DNA of 59,395 nt from assembly GCA_014859735.1 (NCBI GenBank), contig JACUTR010000001.1, positions 1 through 59,395 on the forward strand, written 5' to 3'. Below, one piece after another: positions 55,222-59,395 of the stretch. The translations under genes were made by a program, and so were the position numbers. Below the pieces are notes generated by a model. The model searched no databases. It had not been told where the DNA came from and was given only the letters and a program-made list of their open reading frames with translations. Every line of letters begins with the position of its first letter. The first letter of the stretch is position 1. The stretch is from Candidatus Methanophagales archaeon (GTDB lineage Archaea > Halobacteriota > Syntropharchaeia > Alkanophagales > Methanospirareceae).

Positions 55222-55737
55222 TTATTCACCTTCCTCCAATCTATTCCTCCCTCGCAAATACACCGTTGTTATGCCCGCTTGTGACAATTTCGTCCTCAAG
55301 TTCTCATCGTTGGTAAGAACCGCCGCCTTTCTCTTCAACGCTAATGCGGTAATTATCTCGTCAGTGTCCTTCTCTTCTTCCTCACCCGCTGCTTCCTCTA
55401 TTGAGATCCTGGATCGTATCGTCACGCGTTCATCGCGCTGCGCGGCAGCAGGTGTATACCGTTGTAGTAACGAATAACCCACATTTGCCGCTCTTTTCTC
55501 TTTACCCTTCAAGCCCGGTCTTTTTCTGAGCTTATCCAGCTCCTTCAAGACCACCCTCGGCACGATTATATGCAGATATCCCAGTCTCTCCAGCTCGTCA
55601 AAGATATCAACGCCAAATTCACCGGGTATAAGTAGTGCATTGGTGTCCACTATCACCTCCTTTCTTAACGCATTTCCTTTACCCGTTCCTGATTTAGTTC
55701 CGCGTATCTCTTCTTTAACCATGTGACCATTCATCAT
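55222..55737 (-). CDS. PIN-domain protein (Fcf1/Utp24-like)
   Basis: VIVDTNAL, VLKEL, DEII and LTND. Confidence 0.85.
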   Translation of the reverse strand: MMNGHMVKEEIRGTKSGTGKGNALRKEVIVDTNALLIPGEFGVDIFDELERLGYLHIIVPRVVLKELDKLRKRPGLKGKEKRAANVGYSLLQRYTPAAAQRDERVTIRSRISIEEAAGEEEEKDTDEIITALALKRKAAVLTNDENLRTKLSQAGITTVYLRGRNRLEEGE

Positions 55738-55748
55738 CGCGTGCTAAC

Positions 55749-55833
55749 AGTGCAAAATGAAGATTGAAGAGTGCAAATTGCAAAGTCATTTTCTATTTTG
55801 CATTTTTCAATTTGCATTCTGCATTTTGCATTG
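55749..55833. repeat. Inverted heptamer tandem array
   Basis: tgcaaaa tgaagat tgaagag tgcaaat tgcaaag ... ttttgca tttttca atttgca ttctgca ttttgca. Confidence 0.85.
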
Positions 55834-55855
55834 AACCATTGCGCTTAACATCTTA

Positions 55856-57586
55856 TTACCGCCTCTTAAACCGCTTCTCTATCTCCTCCTTACTCAACCG
55901 TATCATCGTCGGTCTCCCATGCGGGCACGTATAGGGTATCTTTGTGCTCTTCAACTGTGCCACGAGCTCGCGCATATACTCATAAGACAGCTTCTCTCCA
56001 GCCTTTATACTCGCTTTGCACGCCGCGGTGCTGAACAATACCTTTATCCGCTCCTCTTTTTTTCCACTCTCCTCCACCAACCGCATTATTACGTCGGTTA
56101 GCTCATCTTCCCCCAACATACCATGAAAAACGACTGGTATCGCCCGTATAACATAACTATCATCGCCAAGCCGCTCTATATCAAATCCCATCTCTCTGAG
56201 CACCTTCTCGTTCTCCCTCAGGACATAGAGTTGATGTGGACTGAGTTCAGGCATGTGTGGTCTTAAAAGCGTTTGTTTATCTATTCGCCCCCCATATTTC
56301 CCCATCAACCGCTCAAAATTTATTCGTTCAGCCGCAGCGTGCTGGTCTATCACGATCACATCCTCCTCCTCACTCAGTGCTATGATATAACTATCGAGGA
56401 CCTGGTAGAGAGGAGCAGACCGTATGGTTAAACTGCCTTCTCCCTTCTCTTTGACCTCTTCTTCCTTTAGCTCTTCTTGAAAGGAAGTTTGAACACTTAT
56501 AGCTGCTTTCTTCTCTCTCGGGAGGCCTAAGAAGTCAACAGCAGCGGCTATCCCTTTTTCACGGTGGACGACCACCTCAGGGATTAAATCTGCATGGCGT
56601 AACGCCGTGAAGACGGCGTTAGCGATGAGTTGAAAGATGTCGTCAGCGTCGTAAAAGCGTATTTCATGCTTCTTTGGATGGATATTCACGTTTATTTCGC
56701 TCGGGTCAATGGAAAGAGCAATAACCGCGAAAGGGTAGGCATGCTTTGGTAACAAAGACGAATAACCTCGCTTTATCGCTTTCTCCATAACCTCACTCCT
56801 CACAAACCTTCTGTTCACATACGTGAAGAGGTGTTTTTTGGTGCCGTACGATACCGAGGGTCTGGAGATATAGCCACTGATCGTGGCATGAGGAGGGGGA
56901 GCATTCTGCGCTTTCAGTTCGATAAGCTCTTTCGCAACGCTACTTCCATACGCATTGACAATGGCATCCAACATTTTTCCACGGCCTACCGTGCTTATTA
57001 TAGGGGTTTCCTCGTGAATGAGCTCGAATTTTATCTCCGGATAGATTACCGCATAATGTATACACACCTCCACAATGTGCCGTAGTTCAGTGGCTTTCGA
57101 TTTTATGGTGCCTATCCTCGCGGGGAGGTTGTAAAACAGGCTTTTTACTTCTATCGTGGTGCCGACCACCCGGGTTATCCTTCTCCGTTCTTTGAGCACT
57201 CCTCCCTCGATCTTCAGATGCGTGCCAAAATCTTCGCGCTCATGCCTTGTGCTCATCGCTATTCGTGACACCGCGGCAATGCTCGGTAATGCTTCACCAC
57301 GGAATCCAAGCGTTTGTAGGACTGCCAGGTCCTCTATTCCCCTTATTTTACTGGTTGCGTGCTTCTCAAATGCACGCTCTGCATCATCATCGCTTATACC
57401 ACTTCCGTCATCCGTTATCCTAATATAATCCCGCCCACCATTACCAACCTCGACAACCACATGGCGGCTTCCTGCATCTATCGAATTCTCTATCAATTCC
57501 TTAACCACCGATGCAGGTCTGTCGATGACCTCTCCAGCGGCAATCTTTCCTATTGTCTGCTCTTCTAAGACGAATATCTGCCTCAT
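55856..57586 (-). CDS. mutL: DNA mismatch repair endonuclease MutL
   Basis: IAAGEVI, ENSIDA, GFRGEAL, DQHAAAERI, ACK and CPHGRP. Confidence 0.97.
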   Translation of the reverse strand: MRQIFVLEEQTIGKIAAGEVIDRPASVVKELIENSIDAGSRHVVVEVGNGGRDYIRITDDGSGISDDDAERAFEKHATSKIRGIEDLAVLQTLGFRGEALPSIAAVSRIAMSTRHEREDFGTHLKIEGGVLKERRRITRVVGTTIEVKSLFYNLPARIGTIKSKATELRHIVEVCIHYAVIYPEIKFELIHEETPIISTVGRGKMLDAIVNAYGSSVAKELIELKAQNAPPPHATISGYISRPSVSYGTKKHLFTYVNRRFVRSEVMEKAIKRGYSSLLPKHAYPFAVIALSIDPSEINVNIHPKKHEIRFYDADDIFQLIANAVFTALRHADLIPEVVVHREKGIAAAVDFLGLPREKKAAISVQTSFQEELKEEEVKEKGEGSLTIRSAPLYQVLDSYIIALSEEEDVIVIDQHAAAERINFERLMGKYGGRIDKQTLLRPHMPELSPHQLYVLRENEKVLREMGFDIERLGDDSYVIRAIPVVFHGMLGEDELTDVIMRLVEESGKKEERIKVLFSTAACKASIKAGEKLSYEYMRELVAQLKSTKIPYTCPHGRPTMIRLSKEEIEKRFKRR

Positions 57587-57598
57587 AAAGCTTTACTT

Positions 57599-58630
57599 TC
57601 ATAAAAGAACCTGTGCTAACTTAAAAGGGTCAGTGGAAATAACCGACGCGGCATACAGTTCCAAAGCACCGATATCCGAGTTCCTATCCTCCAAAGAACC
57701 TCGATCCAGAAGCCTGACAATATGATACGCTCCCAGCGGAAAGATAGCAAGATTGAACGATTGCACACCCATTTGTAAATAAGAGCTCAATAATGTAGAA
57801 ATGGTGTCTGCCATTTCATCGCTCTTCGTCGCTCGACTGATGACAAAAATCTCTTTCTCTTTTATCGGCGTCAAATAAACTAAAATTCGTTCTCCTTTAT
57901 TCTCACTCGCAAGCCCTAAACTCTTATGAACCCGGTATAAATCATCAAAATACGATGCATTAAATGCTCTTTGATACTCTGCGGCGACTTTTTCTAACAC
58001 TTCCAATTTCCCATACCGCTCCTCAGTAGCGGTTACTTGCATATGACCATGGATAATCGAAGCAGCACTTCTCCAGAGACAATTCCATAAGAAGAACTTG
58101 TGCAACGTTCCTCCCCGGGACCCAGAGGCCTCCTCAAACCAGTGCTCTGCGGTCCTTAAATAGTCCGCTATCCCTTCCCTTTGTATCTCTAGCGGATTAT
58201 GTTCAGTGAAGATGATTAAGCTATGGTAAGAAGCATACTTGGCTATGTTGCCCGCCGTAATAGAATAATCCCCTTTTATCCTGCCAAACGTATCTGCAGG
58301 GGTGTGCGTTTCGGGGTTACAAAAGGTACAATTCTTCCTCTCTTTAAGCTCTGCTAATTCAATCACCGATTTCGATTCGATAGGTCTATCAAGCCTTAAC
58401 TCGTTAAACAAGCTCTGCTCTCCCGTAAATTTGTTCTTGACGGATACTATTCGCTGATGTTCGACTCGCTCAAGAGAGCCAAACCGCCCTTTCACCCACT
58501 CTTCCATCTCCTTGGGAATCGCCAGGCTGCTCGTGGAGATGTCAAACGAATAAAAGCGGGTAAACAACTCTCTGCTCTCTTCTGCGAGCTGGTTAACCAT
58601 TTTGTCAAGCTCAGTTATTTTTGCGATCAT
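57599..58630 (-). CDS. GalT/HIT-superfamily nucleotidyltransferase-like protein
   Basis: CTFC zinc motif and SAASIIHGHMQ (HxHxQ); divergent from a glycosyltransferase. Confidence 0.7.
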   Translation of the reverse strand: MIAKITELDKMVNQLAEESRELFTRFYSFDISTSSLAIPKEMEEWVKGRFGSLERVEHQRIVSVKNKFTGEQSLFNELRLDRPIESKSVIELAELKERKNCTFCNPETHTPADTFGRIKGDYSITAGNIAKYASYHSLIIFTEHNPLEIQREGIADYLRTAEHWFEEASGSRGGTLHKFFLWNCLWRSAASIIHGHMQVTATEERYGKLEVLEKVAAEYQRAFNASYFDDLYRVHKSLGLASENKGERILVYLTPIKEKEIFVISRATKSDEMADTISTLLSSYLQMGVQSFNLAIFPLGAYHIVRLLDRGSLEDRNSDIGALELYAASVISTDPFKLAQVLL

Positions 58631-58697
58631 CTCTTTAAGCAACGAAATATTATTAAATTTCCCAATTAGATTATATTATATAATTAAAAGGGGTACC

Positions 58698-59395
58698 ATG
58701 AGAATTGGATTTTTCGTGTGGGAATATCCGCCGAGGATTGTTGGTGGCTTGGGAACGTATGCAGAGAATATATGCCCTGAAATGGTGAAGCTGGGGCATG
58801 ACGTCTCGGTATTTACCCTGAACGATGGGACGTTAAAGACAAGGGAGACGTTGAAAGGCATTGATGTTAACAGACCGATGCTTGTGGAAGGGGGCAGCAT
58901 ACTACCGCTCTGCATGACCGAAGACCTGAGAAGATGGGGTACCGGAATAAAATTCTTCAACGATGTGCTTATCTACAACATCCTCAGTGCGACTAAATTT
59001 GTTAACGAACTGGTAAGAAAAGAGGGATATACCTTTGATATAATCTGCGCACATGACTGGCTGAGTGCGATGGCGGGGATAATGGCAAAGCGGGAGACGG
59101 GTCTACCCTTCGTCTTCCATATCCATTCGACCGAATGGGGTCGTGCACTCAATGGTGGCTCAGAGACGGTTATGCATATTGAAAAGACCTCAGGTGAGGT
59201 AGCTGACGGGATCATAACGGTAAGCTATCCGATGCAAGAAGACCTTATAAGGCACGGCTTCGACCCCGATAAAGTAAAAGTCTGCTGGAATGGCATTAAC
59301 GTGGAAAAATATAATCCCAACAAGCTCTCAAAAGAGGATCGTGCGGGCTTGAGGAGCAGATATGGGATTAGTTCAGAAGAACGGATGATACTCTT
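58698..59395 (+). CDS. GT4 glycosyltransferase (glycogen-synthase-like), 3' partial; absent from the ORF track
   Basis: Manual translation MRIGFFVWEYPPRIVGGLGTY...AHDWL...HIHSTEWGR, open to the window end. Confidence 0.92.
   Translation, partial: MRIGFFVWEYPPRIVGGLGTYAENICPEMVKLGHDVSVFTLNDGTLKTRETLKGIDVNRPMLVEGGSILPLCMTEDLRRWGTGIKFFNDVLIYNILSATKFVNELVRKEGYTFDIICAHDWLSAMAGIMAKRETGLPFVFHIHSTEWGRALNGGSETVMHIEKTSGEVADGIITVSYPMQEDLIRHGFDPDKVKVCWNGINVEKYNPNKLSKEDRAGLRSRYGISSEERMIL

Overview
This is a core-genome window from an anaerobic methane-oxidising archaeon, most likely ANME-1 (Ca. Methanophagales). The evidence is mch and hdrC/hdrB plus a 16S gene containing GCATCAGGCGCGAAAACT, which I recognise as the ANME-1-350 probe target. 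The window holds about 50 mostly housekeeping CDS (translation, replication, chaperone, cofactor and central-carbon genes), a 16S-tRNA-Ala-23S-tRNA-Cys rRNA operon with no linked 5S, and tRNA-Val. There is no CRISPR array, transposase or integrase. The most interesting signal is non-genic: a modular GC-rich palindromic repeat family with at least 7 copies. It has inserted in-frame into two tRNA-modification enzymes (27 aa in the TRAM domain of the MtaB/MiaB-like enzyme, 15 aa in TruD), supplies the stop codons of ndk and moeA, sits upstream of dnaK, and is itself interrupted by a second, AT-rich repeat family. A candidate structured ncRNA (4881-5013, minus strand) shares motifs with this family and borders an AT-rich three-gene island. 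Product calls are from motif recognition only; no database search was run.
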